Source: a virus
Reading direction: 5' to 3' (one strand)
DNA: 64,000 bases
IMG/VR virus record: IMGVR_UViG_3300013233_000195
Location: 36,624-100,623 of that record
The position numbers and the translations under genes are program-made. Positions 17,208 through 26,687 of this stretch are shown here, piece after piece (the stretch's first letter is position 1; every line of letters begins with the position of its first letter). Under the pieces are notes generated by a model. The model was not told where the DNA came from. It was given only the letters and a program-made list of their open reading frames with translations, and ran no database searches.

Positions 17208-17846
17208 CTAGTGAAGAGGGTAATCAACCCATGAAACCGAACGATCCCAGCAAGCGCGACAAGAGCCACAATTGTTGCCCTGTAGCCTTGCAGGGCACCT
17301 ATAAGTGTCCTTTGGCGCTTCACCCTTTGTAACGGTCGAAAAAGGGAGCTTGCGAAACCTCTTAGGCTTTTTATTGATAAAAGGCCCGCTTACTCTCACT
17401 ACTAGGTTCTTTGGCAGTCTTCCTCCTTCTTCATAGAATCTACGAAGAATGTCTGTTTGCCTTGTTGGCAGCCAATGCTTTACATTGGGAGTTCTCTTGC
17501 AGACTTCCACAATTCTACGAAAGTGTTGGAGACTCTGAAGATCTCCTGAATCATGCCAACGGAAGTAAGGATGCTTTTTGGCTCTCTTTCCAATAAGAGT
17601 TACCATTGCTTCAATCCACTTAGGACTTCCTAGCTTTGCATATCTACGGAAGTAAGCGCTTTTGGCTGAGGGATAGGTATAGTTCCCTCTATTGTTCGCA
17701 TAGCAGTGACCACAAACAGAGTTTGGAACACCCATCATCTTCTTGCCGAGCTTACAAGTGCTTACTGGAAGCCCAAAAGCGTATCCTGGCATCTTAGAGG
17801 GTTCGGAAAGCCCTCCAACGATTTCGTTTGCCATTTTGATATTCAT
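17208..17846 (-). CDS. Gp88-like (radical-SAM-related, Cys-rich) phage protein
   Basis: SKMPG, CxxCYA, FRWHDSGD, HWLPTR, CxxCRACW. Confidence 0.75.
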   Translation of the reverse strand: MNIKMANEIVGGLSEPSKMPGYAFGLPVSTCKLGKKMMGVPNSVCGHCYANNRGNYTYPSAKSAYFRRYAKLGSPKWIEAMVTLIGKRAKKHPYFRWHDSGDLQSLQHFRRIVEVCKRTPNVKHWLPTRQTDILRRFYEEGGRLPKNLVVRVSGPFINKKPKRFRKLPFSTVTKGEAPKDTYRCPARLQGNNCGSCRACWDRSVSWVDYPLH

Positions 17847-17998
17847 ACATTATGCTCCGTAGAATGAATGATTACCCATAGAAAGGCACCCATACAAAGA
17901 GCTGTGCAAAGATTAGACACTACCCCCAGCGAAAAAAGGTAAATAATGAAACCCGGAGCAATTGCAAATGTAGCGACTTTTTTGGTTCTATTATCCAT
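17843..17998 (-). CDS. Small two-TM protein
   Basis: SD GGAGG before MDNRTKK. Confidence 0.5.
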   Translation of the reverse strand: MDNRTKKVATFAIAPGFIIYLFSLGVVSNLCTALCMGAFLWVIIHSTEHNV

Positions 17999-18557
17999 TG
18001 TGTTCCCTCCGAATTCGGAAGGTATGGTCATTCTGGTCAAATGAGTCAAACTTGAGGAAAAACTGACTTTCAGAATCCTCTGTTAGTGCCTTGAGAATCT
18101 CCAAAGAAAGCGGATCTGGAGTCTCGTAAACAGGCTGTGCTAATGGAAAACCAAAGGGTCGAGAGAATCTCTCAATGGTAGCCCAGTTATGCCAATAAGA
18201 GTGCCCAGTTGACCAAAGATCCGTTATAAAGAATTCATTTACGGCCTCTGGAACAATACCCTGGACTGCAAAGAGAGGGAACATTGCCACCATCTCTGTG
18301 GGTTGGAGAACATGTCCTGGGAAGATCTCATTTCCAACAGAAATTGTCCTTACAATCTCTATAGTTTCCCCCTTGATTACAAGGTGTGACCCAGAGTCAT
18401 TATCATACAGCAAAGTTGGAAAACCCACAGGAGTCTTGAGAAGAATCTTAGGTCCAAAGTCTCTCAAAAACTCCGGTGGATTATCAAAATCCAGGAGAGG
18501 ATGAATTTGTGGACTAGTTAGCTTCATGCTCTTCTCCAAAGGAATAGGAGGGGGCAT
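17991..18557 (-). CDS. Hypothetical protein (start probably at MKLTSP)
   Basis: Long ORF. Confidence 0.6.
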   Translation of the reverse strand: MPPPIPLEKSMKLTSPQIHPLLDFDNPPEFLRDFGPKILLKTPVGFPTLLYDNDSGSHLVIKGETIEIVRTISVGNEIFPGHVLQPTEMVAMFPLFAVQGIVPEAVNEFFITDLWSTGHSYWHNWATIERFSRPFGFPLAQPVYETPDPLSLEILKALTEDSESQFFLKFDSFDQNDHTFRIRREHNG

Positions 18558-18572
18558 TAGCCCCCTCCTATT
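18543..18572 (-). terminator. Hairpin after the DUF932-like gene
   Basis: AATAGGAGGGGGC/GCCCCCTCCTATT. Confidence 0.65.
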
Positions 18573-18581
18573 CTCACTTGT

Positions 18582-19646
18582 TTAGACCAATGCCAAGATT
18601 GCGGAAGCCTTACGATCTAGGTCCGCTCGACTTCCAGCAAACTTGCTATTCTGAGAAAGTCGAGTCATAGCATCCACAACGGAGAAAGCACTGAATCGGT
18701 TAGAAGTCTCTTCAATAAGGTCTGTGACCATTTCCGAAGCCTTCTTCGAATACCCCTGCTTCTGGAGAAGCGTAAGAACCTCTTCCTTATAGCCCAGGTC
18801 AGTATTCTCAGCAGCCCGCATCTTTGTTACAAAAGCATCCTTGCGAAGGTCTGAGATCCTGATAAGATCCTCGACCATATAGCTGATATCGCTAAGGATT
18901 CTCTGTGAGTTTCCAACATGCCGACGGACAACCTGCTGAACCTCCGTAGCATCCCAAACAATATGGTTTGCACAGATGTACTGGTACCAGAAGGTCTCAA
19001 TACCAACAGAGCGAGAACCAACCTCTGAATTCCAAACAAAGAATCCAGGTGAGAACTCCTGGTTTTGTCCGCCAACATCAAGCTCTACACGAGTATCAGG
19101 ATCAACGAGAAACATGAACATATCCTGCTCACCCGTATAAAGCCCAGTAGCTCCATTAAACCCCTTCTTAGGAGGAGCATAATGAGGAGCGGCCTTTGAG
19201 ATTGCGTCCACAACCTGAGAATCCCAAATTCGGGAATACTTATTGCTTGTTACTGCTCGAAGCTGTGCGTCAGGCTTTCCCTCTTTCAGAGTTACAAGAG
19301 AACGAACTGAACCAGCAGCAGAAGCTCTCTGTGAAAACAGTTCATTCAAAGCCACTGCTGCCGTGTGAGAAGACAGCCGATTGATCGTTCTCTTCTCTGC
19401 TCCGGCCATTCTACAAAGCTGAGAGAATGCCCAGGAGTTGATTGAGTAGGTATTACTGGAAGTACAAAGATTCACAGTGAGAGTATTGGGATCTGACTCA
19501 AAAGAGAGCTGATTAGCAGGCACGGAGAACTCTCCACTATCGCTCATTCGTTCCAGACAAGCCCTGTGAAGACTGGGAATGTCTTCAAAAGTCTCATCTG
19601 CCTTACGACTGAAAAGCTGATGACTGGCCTTCAAAAGATTTGCCAT
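18582..19646 (-). CDS. DUF932/DUF945-like protein
   Basis: RAVTSxKYxRI, GFFVWNSEVG, CxNH and RRHVG motifs. Confidence 0.75.
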   Translation of the reverse strand: MANLLKASHQLFSRKADETFEDIPSLHRACLERMSDSGEFSVPANQLSFESDPNTLTVNLCTSSNTYSINSWAFSQLCRMAGAEKRTINRLSSHTAAVALNELFSQRASAAGSVRSLVTLKEGKPDAQLRAVTSNKYSRIWDSQVVDAISKAAPHYAPPKKGFNGATGLYTGEQDMFMFLVDPDTRVELDVGGQNQEFSPGFFVWNSEVGSRSVGIETFWYQYICANHIVWDATEVQQVVRRHVGNSQRILSDISYMVEDLIRISDLRKDAFVTKMRAAENTDLGYKEEVLTLLQKQGYSKKASEMVTDLIEETSNRFSAFSVVDAMTRLSQNSKFAGSRADLDRKASAILALV

Positions 19647-20017
19647 TTTCTTGGCTCCTGATTAAGAGTAGCCCTAGCCCGCCTAACTTGAGCGTGCAAC
19701 CAATCAATGAACTGGAGACAGTCATCTCGGTTTACATTAGCTCTTCCTCCTATATGCCATTCATAAGGCTCTAGGGACGCTTTCATACGAAACTGCTCCG
19801 GTGTTGGAAGCCCCGCAGCATACTTGCTTGTCTCCTTGTAATCGTAGAGAGTCCAAAGAGTCCCATCATCCCCACGAAGTACCCATTCTGTTGATACTTT
19901 GCCCCCATCTCCAGCACCATTTGGAGAACCTAATGCCACCACAAGCTCAGGATAGGTAGCTGAAAAGTAACCCTTTAGACAAGTGCCTTCAGGGCTATCA
20001 CTGATTACTGCATACAT
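19631..20017 (-). CDS. Phage hypothetical protein
   Basis: GKVSTEW, TLYDYK, WHIGG motifs; SD GGAGG. Confidence 0.65.
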   Translation of the reverse strand: MYAVISDSPEGTCLKGYFSATYPELVVALGSPNGAGDGGKVSTEWVLRGDDGTLWTLYDYKETSKYAAGLPTPEQFRMKASLEPYEWHIGGRANVNRDDCLQFIDWLHAQVRRARATLNQEPRKWQIF

Positions 20018-20044
20018 AAGCAATCCTCCCATGCCAACGTCGTG

Positions 20045-20153
20045 TCATGACGGGATTGACCCACCAAGGGAAAAGGTCGGATTGTTCCCGACAATCTACC
20101 CTGTATCATGACGGGATTGACCCACCAAGGGATAAGGCCGGATTGTTCCCGAC
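20045..20153. repeat. Two near-identical 48-bp direct repeats in a 5' leader
   Basis: TCATGACGGGATTGACCCACCAAGGGAWAAGGYCGGATTGTTCCCGAC at 20045 and 20106. Confidence 0.9.
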
Positions 20154-20160
20154 GGCCAAC

Positions 20161-20189
20161 ATTATAGCACGGCGGAGCGGGGCCGTCAA
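20161..20189 (-). promoter_or_regulatory. sigma70 promoter
   Basis: TTGACG-N17-TATAAT, TGn. Confidence 0.8.
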
Positions 20190-20219
20190 GGAAAAAATCG
20201 TCAACCCCCCGTCAACCCC

Positions 20220-20447
20220 TCACTCGCAGGAGTCTGGTCTTGTAAAATAGTAGTAAAAATCATGTTGATTGGTATAAACGTCGCAAGTGCAAGGTACTGC
20301 ATGCGTTCTATTATATCTCTCAAAAAATTGCTCGTTGAAATCCTGATTGTAGAGACTATGATCGGGGAAAATACACTTTACTACATCACTGCAAGCAGAG
20401 AGGAGAAGAACAGCACAAAGAATAACCGCAGACCAAAGGTAACGCAT
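20220..20447 (-). CDS. Small lipoprotein
   Basis: Signal peptide with lipobox LSAC. Confidence 0.65.
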   Translation of the reverse strand: MRYLWSAVILCAVLLLSACSDVVKCIFPDHSLYNQDFNEQFFERYNRTHAVPCTCDVYTNQHDFYYYFTRPDSCE

Positions 20448-20457
20448 GGTAAACCTC

Positions 20458-21543
20458 CTAGAATGGGGGACGAACTGCCATAGCCTTCCGAATAGTCAAT
20501 CCCAGGTAGTAGTCGCTATCATGGTGTGTCCTAGCCTTTCCGTGTGAGTAATTCCACAGGATTGTGGCTATCTCAGCTACAGTGAAGCGATTTTTAGCTA
20601 GGAAGGCAGCTAAAGCGTAGTCAAGACCTGAACGAGAGTGATCTGCTTTCTGCGTTGTATTCCCAAGCCACAGTTGGCGCACTCTTTCATTACGAAGTAG
20701 CTCTAAAGAGAACCTAGCAGGAAGCTGTGCTTCCTTATAATCTCCCAGAGTAAAGTCAACTCCCTCAATAGTACGAAAGTTACTACTCTGTATATTTTCA
20801 ACAGAGATTTTGGTAACTTCATCCATCATGAGAGAAAGTCTACCATCCCAAGGTTGAAGGATCTTAGCCATTCTGTGGGGGCGCTCTGGAGTATTCTCTC
20901 CTTTGATGCAGAGAGTCCCAGGAATCTTTACAATTCGGGCAAGATCGTAGACATTATCAATATTAATCCTAAACTTATGTTCCCACTTACTTCTTAGCTG
21001 ATCCTCCCACACCATTAACTGTTTGGTAATCTCTTCTCTCTTATTGGGTTCAATCTTGTAATGATGCACAGGGAACCAGGGATAGGCTCCATTTCCAGAG
21101 CTAATAATGGGATTGTTCTCATCCTTGGCAATCTCTTGAGCAGCTCTAATTGCCTGTAGGTGCTCTGCTTCTGTTGCCGCACAATTTCCACAGTTGGGCC
21201 TTTTGGCATCTATGTCAAGAGACAGGTTAGAAATCCACTCAATGTCAGTAGAACGTCCTCCCCGGCAAATGTCTTCCTTATGGAAGGAAATCCTATTTCT
21301 TAGATTGGGAGTGACAATAGCCTTTGGTCTTGCATTTCTTCCTGCGTAGAGATTATACTTTCCAGCAAGCTCTGCTAGAGCATCTACAAAAGCATCTTCG
21401 GACACAAAGAAACCCAACCCAATGTGTGGGCCAAAGCGCTCCTTTGGATTGATTGCTCGGACCTCTGTACATGACTGTGGGAGTTCATGGTGTCCCAAGA
21501 GCTTCCAAAAGGCTCTGACATCCTTTTCATTAAACTTTTCCAT
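20458..21543 (-). CDS. Primase-like protein (AEP/RepB'-type with helical C-terminal domain)
   Basis: LDIDA, SSGNG, RIVKIPGT, DxSRSGxDYAL. Confidence 0.65.
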   Translation of the reverse strand: MEKFNEKDVRAFWKLLGHHELPQSCTEVRAINPKERFGPHIGLGFFVSEDAFVDALAELAGKYNLYAGRNARPKAIVTPNLRNRISFHKEDICRGGRSTDIEWISNLSLDIDAKRPNCGNCAATEAEHLQAIRAAQEIAKDENNPIISSGNGAYPWFPVHHYKIEPNKREEITKQLMVWEDQLRSKWEHKFRINIDNVYDLARIVKIPGTLCIKGENTPERPHRMAKILQPWDGRLSLMMDEVTKISVENIQSSNFRTIEGVDFTLGDYKEAQLPARFSLELLRNERVRQLWLGNTTQKADHSRSGLDYALAAFLAKNRFTVAEIATILWNYSHGKARTHHDSDYYLGLTIRKAMAVRPPF

Positions 21544-22027
21544 GTTTAGCCCTTGTTATATCCTTCCCACGAAACTCAACCCCATACGTTTGATAGGCTT
21601 CTTTCAGCTCTTTTGCTTTTTCGGTTCCCATAAAGTATCTAACTAGCTTGAGATAGGTTGCCGCAAACTCTCGACCATGCCAGCTAGCTTTAGCTGGTCT
21701 AATAGTATGCGCTATCTCCTCCAAAAGCACGCCAATACGCCGAAACTCTCTAGGAGCCTTTATATAGAACCCTGTAATGGGATTCCAACCACCTTCTGCA
21801 CTCTGCCTCCCCCTACCATCATGTACCTTAATTTTCAGACTTTTGTAGGGGCAGAGGTTTTTGAGAAACCAGGGACTCGTTGTCACAAGGTCTACGAAGT
21901 CTTGACATACTTGAACAGAGACAAATTCGGGGAGATCTCTAAAAAGATGAAAAGTAACATTCTGTGCCTCATAAAACTTATCTCTCTGGTAATCCCTGTA
22001 AGTGTTCGAAAATGGACTCTTTCTCAT
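21530..22027 (-). CDS. Zincin/SprT-like metalloprotease-fold protein with EExxH variant
   Basis: LLEEIAH...HGREF. Confidence 0.55.
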   Translation of the reverse strand: MRKSPFSNTYRDYQRDKFYEAQNVTFHLFRDLPEFVSVQVCQDFVDLVTTSPWFLKNLCPYKSLKIKVHDGRGRQSAEGGWNPITGFYIKAPREFRRIGVLLEEIAHTIRPAKASWHGREFAATYLKLVRYFMGTEKAKELKEAYQTYGVEFRGKDITRAKHGKV

Positions 22028-22045
22028 AGCCTCCCCTATTTATTT

Positions 22046-22120
22046 TGGTGTCCTGCATGGGAATCGAACCCATTTCTGGGGGTTGAAGGCCCCCGATCCT
22101 AACCAATAGACGAGCAGGAC
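22046..22120 (-). tRNA. tRNA-Glu(TTC)
   Basis: Cloverleaf, encoded CCA. Confidence 0.92.
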
Positions 22121-22344
22121 TATACACCTTTGCTATTTTCTTCTTTATCAATCCAATTTCCAATGTCTTGCAAAAGGGACGCACCGACAACAACGCAACC
22201 CCAGTAGAAGAAAAAGAAGGAGAAGAAAACTCCCAGAAAAGCTAAGACACCAACTTTTGATAAAATCAGTGGTAGAGAATACTTCACCAGGCAGAAAGCA
22301 CTCACAAGAAATGTGAGTATCTTTGCAACAATCTTTCTGGTCAT
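22120..22344 (-). CDS. Two-TM hypothetical protein
   Basis: Hydrophobic ORF downstream of a promoter. Confidence 0.5.
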   Translation of the reverse strand: MTRKIVAKILTFLVSAFCLVKYSLPLILSKVGVLAFLGVFFSFFFFYWGCVVVGASLLQDIGNWIDKEENSKGV

Positions 22345-22395
22345 CTCCGCCCCCCTTTACTATGTTGGGGGAACTGGATTCTCTCCAGTCCCCCC

Positions 22396-22424
22396 ATTCT
22401 ACCACATCCAGAGCAGGATGTCAA
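22396..22424 (-). promoter_or_regulatory. sigma70 promoter
   Basis: TTGACA-N17-TAGAAT, TGn; hairpin at 22366-22396 just downstream. Confidence 0.7.
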
Positions 22425-22431
22425 GGAAAAA

Positions 22432-23247
22432 TTACCAACCCAGGTCGATCCCCGCCGTTAGGAGAGTCAAAGCCTGTACCTGCTCAGTCTCCAGCCGGTC
22501 ATACCTTACTCTCAGATCTAGATCAAGAGAAAGATACTTCACTAGAGCATACTCAAAGTCCATCTCTCCCTCAACCACGGAGTCGGCGAAATCTTCGTCC
22601 ACAGGGTAGAAGAGTTCAAGAGAACGGTTAAGAGTTAAGTTCTCCCACCAAGTAGGCAGAACACTTGTGGAAGACAGAAGAATCCCATAATCATTCCTTG
22701 GAGAGCTTTCTCCTGTGAAAACGGGATAATCTGAAACCGTTCGACGGTAGCGGAAGCCTAGCTCGTTGAACCCATTGTCATTCTGGACCTGATAAGCAAA
22801 ATCTGAGTCCAGGGTGTAAGGGTCAAAAGGCTCCACTACTTGCGTTCCATCGGCCTTGAAAACATTATCAATGCCTGTGGTGCCCCGAACGCGGGCAAGA
22901 ACGAAAGAGTTGCTTGTGGAGTCTCCTAGCGCCCTTCCAAGCGAAACAGCAAGCCTACCTCGGTTTAGAAATGGGTTCCGGTCCTCATTCTTACCATCGT
23001 GAGCACCATACTCCACGTCAATGGAGTAAAGGGTCTGTAGACCAATAAAGGTGAGAAAATCAACCTGATTCTGAAGTTGAAGTTCTCCGCGATAGGTGTA
23101 CTGCTCCTGGCCACCGCGTGCCCAGTTGTCATTGAAACTAGCCATACCCTGAAGTTCTACATCTCCTGCCGCGAAGGCACCTGTTGCCCAGCATACAATA
23201 GCTGAGGTCAAGGCACCTAGAATGAACCACTTGATCTTATTCTTCAT
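22432..23247 (-). CDS. Secreted outer-membrane beta-barrel-like protein (DUF481-like)
   Basis: Signal peptide (AFA), alternating beta-strand pattern, C-terminal aromatic beta-signal GIDLGW. Confidence 0.6.
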   Translation of the reverse strand: MKNKIKWFILGALTSAIVCWATGAFAAGDVELQGMASFNDNWARGGQEQYTYRGELQLQNQVDFLTFIGLQTLYSIDVEYGAHDGKNEDRNPFLNRGRLAVSLGRALGDSTSNSFVLARVRGTTGIDNVFKADGTQVVEPFDPYTLDSDFAYQVQNDNGFNELGFRYRRTVSDYPVFTGESSPRNDYGILLSSTSVLPTWWENLTLNRSLELFYPVDEDFADSVVEGEMDFEYALVKYLSLDLDLRVRYDRLETEQVQALTLLTAGIDLGW

Positions 23248-23808
23248 TTATTCCCTCCATAAAAGTCGGGGATTGATTGCTACGTTGTTGTCCAAAACCT
23301 CGTAATGCAAATGGTAGCCCCTGGCGTTGCCGGTATTTCCAACAGTTCCAAGTATATCCCCTTGAACTACTTCTTTGCCCTTATAGACATTTGTTCTGTC
23401 TAGATGGGCGTATACTGTCGCAAGACCATTCTGGTGATCTACACAGACAGTATTTCCATATCCAGGGTAATAGCCTACCTCAGTCACAACTCCTGTTGCG
23501 GTGACTTTGATGGGAGTTCCCCATGGAGAAGCAAGATCAATCCCGGTATGATCTCTGGTTCTTAGTTTCCCAAACCCCGCACTTACTGGACCGGGAACAG
23601 GCGGAGAAAGGGGAAGATGAGAAATAGACTTTTCTATGTCATATTCCACCCCCTGCATTGACTCAGTATTTTCTTTGAGTTGGAAGACCTCCTGCTCTAG
23701 GATAGTTACCCTCTGTGAGAGATCCTCTATATGGGACATGAAAAACCCAGCCCCAACAAAAAGTCCCCATGCAATAGCACAGAGGATGATAGCAAAGGTG
23801 TATCGCAT
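23248..23808 (-). CDS. M23 family peptidase with N-terminal TM
   Basis: HTGID, YAHL, HLHYEV. Confidence 0.9.
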   Translation of the reverse strand: MRYTFAIILCAIAWGLFVGAGFFMSHIEDLSQRVTILEQEVFQLKENTESMQGVEYDIEKSISHLPLSPPVPGPVSAGFGKLRTRDHTGIDLASPWGTPIKVTATGVVTEVGYYPGYGNTVCVDHQNGLATVYAHLDRTNVYKGKEVVQGDILGTVGNTGNARGYHLHYEVLDNNVAINPRLLWRE

Positions 23809-23829
23809 TGCTTTGCCCCCAATAAAAAG

Positions 23830-23905
23830 TGGAAGCCCCGGTGGGATTCGAACCCACGGCTTGCTCATTAGAAGTGAGCCACTCTGTCCACTGAGTTACG
23901 GGGCC
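23830..23905 (-). tRNA. tRNA-Arg(TCT)
   Basis: Cloverleaf, CCA. Confidence 0.92.
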
Positions 23906-23910
23906 TCTTA

Positions 23911-24279
23911 TTATTCTGACTCTTCTGCCCAGAAGTGAAGGATTCCGCCACCATCGAGCAAGAAGAAGGCGTCTTGTCCTTGTTTGTATACCGCTGTAAC
24001 CTTTCGCACGGGATTAAACTCATAGGGCTCAAGTCCATCCATATCCGAAGCATTCAGAGACCAGTGAACTAGCTCATCGTCAACTTCTTCCCCACCAAAC
24101 ACTCGAAAAGTGTCTTGTGAGGCAAAGGACATCATAAGGGTCTTCTGAGAAACCCTGGAGATCATCTGGATTTCTTGATTGACAAAGTAACCCAGTCCCT
24201 GGGCATTGGAACTCTCCGGCCAATCTACAAGAGTTGATCCAGTATCCATCTGAAAGCCAATGTGAGCTAGCATTGTCAT
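23911..24279 (-). CDS. Hypothetical protein
   Basis: SD AAGGAG; fits between tRNAs. Confidence 0.6.
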   Translation of the reverse strand: MTMLAHIGFQMDTGSTLVDWPESSNAQGLGYFVNQEIQMISRVSQKTLMMSFASQDTFRVFGGEEVDDELVHWSLNASDMDGLEPYEFNPVRKVTAVYKQGQDAFFLLDGGGILHFWAEESE

Positions 24280-24292
24280 CTCCTTTTAGTAG

Positions 24293-24368
24293 TGGCACCC
24301 CCGGCAGGAATCAAACCCGCATCTTCACGGTTCGTAGCCGTGTGCCTTGTTCATTAGACCACAGGGGC
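24293..24368 (-). tRNA. tRNA-Arg(ACG)
   Basis: Cloverleaf, CCA; T-loop variant TTTGATT. Confidence 0.88.
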
Positions 24369-24369
24369 A

Positions 24370-24732
24370 TTATAGCTTTTTGTACTCTTCCAGCGTTAGG
24401 GCATTGCTGGCTCCACTAGGGAAATGCCCCTCCATCATACGCAAGAACTCGGGGAGAGTAGGAACCGGAATCTCTTTCCACAGTTCAACTCCTTGATGGA
24501 ATCCTAGCCTCCAAAACCGAACCTTGTTGCCTCTCCGTTGCCACCGATAGCAAGGTCTGCCAAAATAACGGACATCTTCAAACTCTCTGATAGCAACCCT
24601 CTCAGTAGGGTATTGGGGGTCTCTTCCCCCCCACCTTACAGAAGGCTTTTTTTGCTTCGCTTTTCTATCCGCTACCTTCTTTTGCTGTCTACCTCTTTTT
24701 TTAGCAGCTTCATAGGGAAGGCTAGAATTCAT
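24370..24732 (-). CDS. Basic hypothetical protein
   Basis: SD AAGGAG; between tRNAs. Confidence 0.6.
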   Translation of the reverse strand: MNSSLPYEAAKKRGRQQKKVADRKAKQKKPSVRWGGRDPQYPTERVAIREFEDVRYFGRPCYRWQRRGNKVRFWRLGFHQGVELWKEIPVPTLPEFLRMMEGHFPSGASNALTLEEYKKL

Positions 24733-24747
24733 CTTCTTCTCCTTATG

Positions 24748-24826
24748 TGGCGCACGGTATGGGATTTGAACCCACGATCACTGGATTGACAGTCCAGGGC
24801 CTTAGACCAGACTAGACTAACCGTGC
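24748..24826 (-). tRNA. tRNA-Asp(GTC)
   Basis: Cloverleaf, CCA. Confidence 0.92.
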
Positions 24827-25404
24827 ATATTCTTTTTCAATAGTCTGCGTGTACAGTTTACTTGCCACTTTGCCTCTGCCCACCTTACTGACTCTCTCCG
24901 CGCATAAGAGAGGATGTTTTCAGCAAGGTCATAACAGGCTTTCGTTGTGTTTATTGCAGTAATAAGAGTAATCTGCTCTACTGCATTGGGGAGCAAGCGA
25001 AATAGTAAGTTCCTGTAGTTTTTAAGTTCTTTATCTGTGATCTCCCCAGCAATCCACCGTCGCTTTACCTTTATGGCCTCTTTGATCCCTCTGGCCTCGT
25101 CTATTACAAGCTCAAAAGATCTAGCCCAAACAGCGCGTTCCATAAAACGACAGCCAAGCTCATGCAGCAGAGGAGCCGGAATCAGTTTTGGGCGTAGTAC
25201 CACCCAAAGCAGGTCTGCATACCATTCCTCATCTCGTCTATTTGTAGGAACTACCAAGATTCTCGGATTCAGTAGATCTTGTGCTGTCCAGAACTTTTTA
25301 CTCTTAAGCAGTTCCCGTACCCGCCTCCGTGGATATCTGTAACACGGTCTCCAAGAAATGATATCTTCAGCCGTTACACGAAAAGACTTTTCATCAAAAG
25401 ACAT
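24817..25404 (-). CDS. Hypothetical protein
   Basis: 195-aa ORF, SD AGGAG. Confidence 0.65.
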   Translation of the reverse strand: MSFDEKSFRVTAEDIISWRPCYRYPRRRVRELLKSKKFWTAQDLLNPRILVVPTNRRDEEWYADLLWVVLRPKLIPAPLLHELGCRFMERAVWARSFELVIDEARGIKEAIKVKRRWIAGEITDKELKNYRNLLFRLLPNAVEQITLITAINTTKACYDLAENILSYARRESVRWAEAKWQVNCTRRLLKKNMHG

Positions 25405-25405
25405 T

Positions 25406-26179
25406 TTAGGCTCCTGAATCTTCTTGTTGGGGCCAGTTAAGATATGCTACATGAGTAGTTCTTCGTCTTACGCCTCCAGTTCTGATCCCCTTTGCCATTG
25501 TGGGCGCAAGGGAAATCCAATCTAGATTCCAGAGGCTGTCTGCATTATCTCCATAAGTGAAGATTACTGGAATACCTTTCTCCCCACAGGTTGAAATGAG
25601 TTTGTCAACTTGACTCTTAATATGACTATACTTATTGCCTCTGTTCTTACTTGAGTAGCCCCTAGTTCCATGATAAGGAGGATCTAGAAATACAAGATCT
25701 CCTGGTTGTGGATCATAGGTGCCAGCCGAGCCACGAACGACAATAAGATCCTTTAACCGTGGAAGTGCTCGAATGGTTTTCTCAACTGGAAGATTGTGCT
25801 GTGGGTAAATCTTCCAAGAGGAAAGCTGACCAACTACGAAACTTGTAACATTAACACGGATATAAGCCTGCTCCCCAGGAGAGAGATTTGGAATCTCTCG
25901 AACATCGGTCTTGGGTTTGGCCTGTTTAACTATTTTATCCAATTCCCAAAGTCTCTTGGGAGTTATATGAGCTAAGGCCAGCCACAGTTGAACAACTGGT
26001 ATGGATGTATCTAACCCAAAGCCCGGTAAACCAGAGTTCAACCAATATGCTCCAGAGCCAAGAAAAGGCTCTACTACTATTCTAGTGCCTGATGGCGGAT
26101 CTCGGAGAAGTTTAAGAACTCTCGTTTTCGATCCTTGATATCTGAACAGTTTGAGAGGCTTCCCATCAGGTAGCTTCAT
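25406..26179 (-). CDS. DNA adenine methyltransferase (Dam/D12-like)
   Basis: YQGSK, EPFLGSG, DPPY. Confidence 0.85.
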   Translation of the reverse strand: MKLPDGKPLKLFRYQGSKTRVLKLLRDPPSGTRIVVEPFLGSGAYWLNSGLPGFGLDTSIPVVQLWLALAHITPKRLWELDKIVKQAKPKTDVREIPNLSPGEQAYIRVNVTSFVVGQLSSWKIYPQHNLPVEKTIRALPRLKDLIVVRGSAGTYDPQPGDLVFLDPPYHGTRGYSSKNRGNKYSHIKSQVDKLISTCGEKGIPVIFTYGDNADSLWNLDWISLAPTMAKGIRTGGVRRRTTHVAYLNWPQQEDSGA

Positions 26180-26382
26180 TACTTGGCCTCTGAAGTTACA
26201 GCAGACTCCTTCGCCCACTCACTTTCTAGGATCTCTTCAATGTTGTCAATTGCTAGAGCAAACGTATCTATCATGGCAGCGTCCTCAAGAGAGTATTGGG
26301 CATGATCCTCAAAAAAGCCATACACTTCTTGCAAATTCCCTAAAGCCCTGGACAGACGAAAACGGATGTTTGAAGGCATCAT
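26179..26382 (-). CDS. Hypothetical protein
   Basis: Coupled ORF. Confidence 0.5.
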   Translation of the reverse strand: MMPSNIRFRLSRALGNLQEVYGFFEDHAQYSLEDAAMIDTFALAIDNIEEILESEWAKESAVTSEAK

Positions 26383-26391
26383 AGCTTTCCC

Positions 26392-26583
26392 CTACTTTGT
26401 TAGAGTACGAGCAGGCATTACTCGGTTACGACGGCGAGTAGCCCTCCACAACTCTCTAGCAGCCCTCTCAGTCATTCCATTGAACTTCATCAAATGATGG
26501 ACCTTATGCTTCTCAAGAACGCCCTCAGTCTTGTACTTCTCCCGAGAAGGCTTCTTGTTACTCCCTCTTCCCTTCTTAGCCAT
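26392..26583 (-). CDS. Small basic protein
   Basis: SD AGGAG. Confidence 0.6.
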   Translation of the reverse strand: MAKKGRGSNKKPSREKYKTEGVLEKHKVHHLMKFNGMTERAARELWRATRRRNRVMPARTLTK

Positions 26584-26602
26584 TGGCTTTCTCCTAAAAG
26601 GT

Positions 26603-26681
26603 TGGTGGAGGCGGTGGGATTCGAACCCACATCTTCAACGGCTTAAAAGGCCGGTACTCTGCGCAATTGAGTTACGCCTCC
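26603..26681 (-). tRNA. tRNA-Lys(TTT)
   Basis: Cloverleaf, CCA. Confidence 0.9.
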
Positions 26682-26687
26682 AATTTT

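Noticed and set aside
20045-20153. Mini-CRISPR (two repeats, one spacer)
   Set aside because: 48-bp repeats with only 13 bp between them; no cas genes in the window
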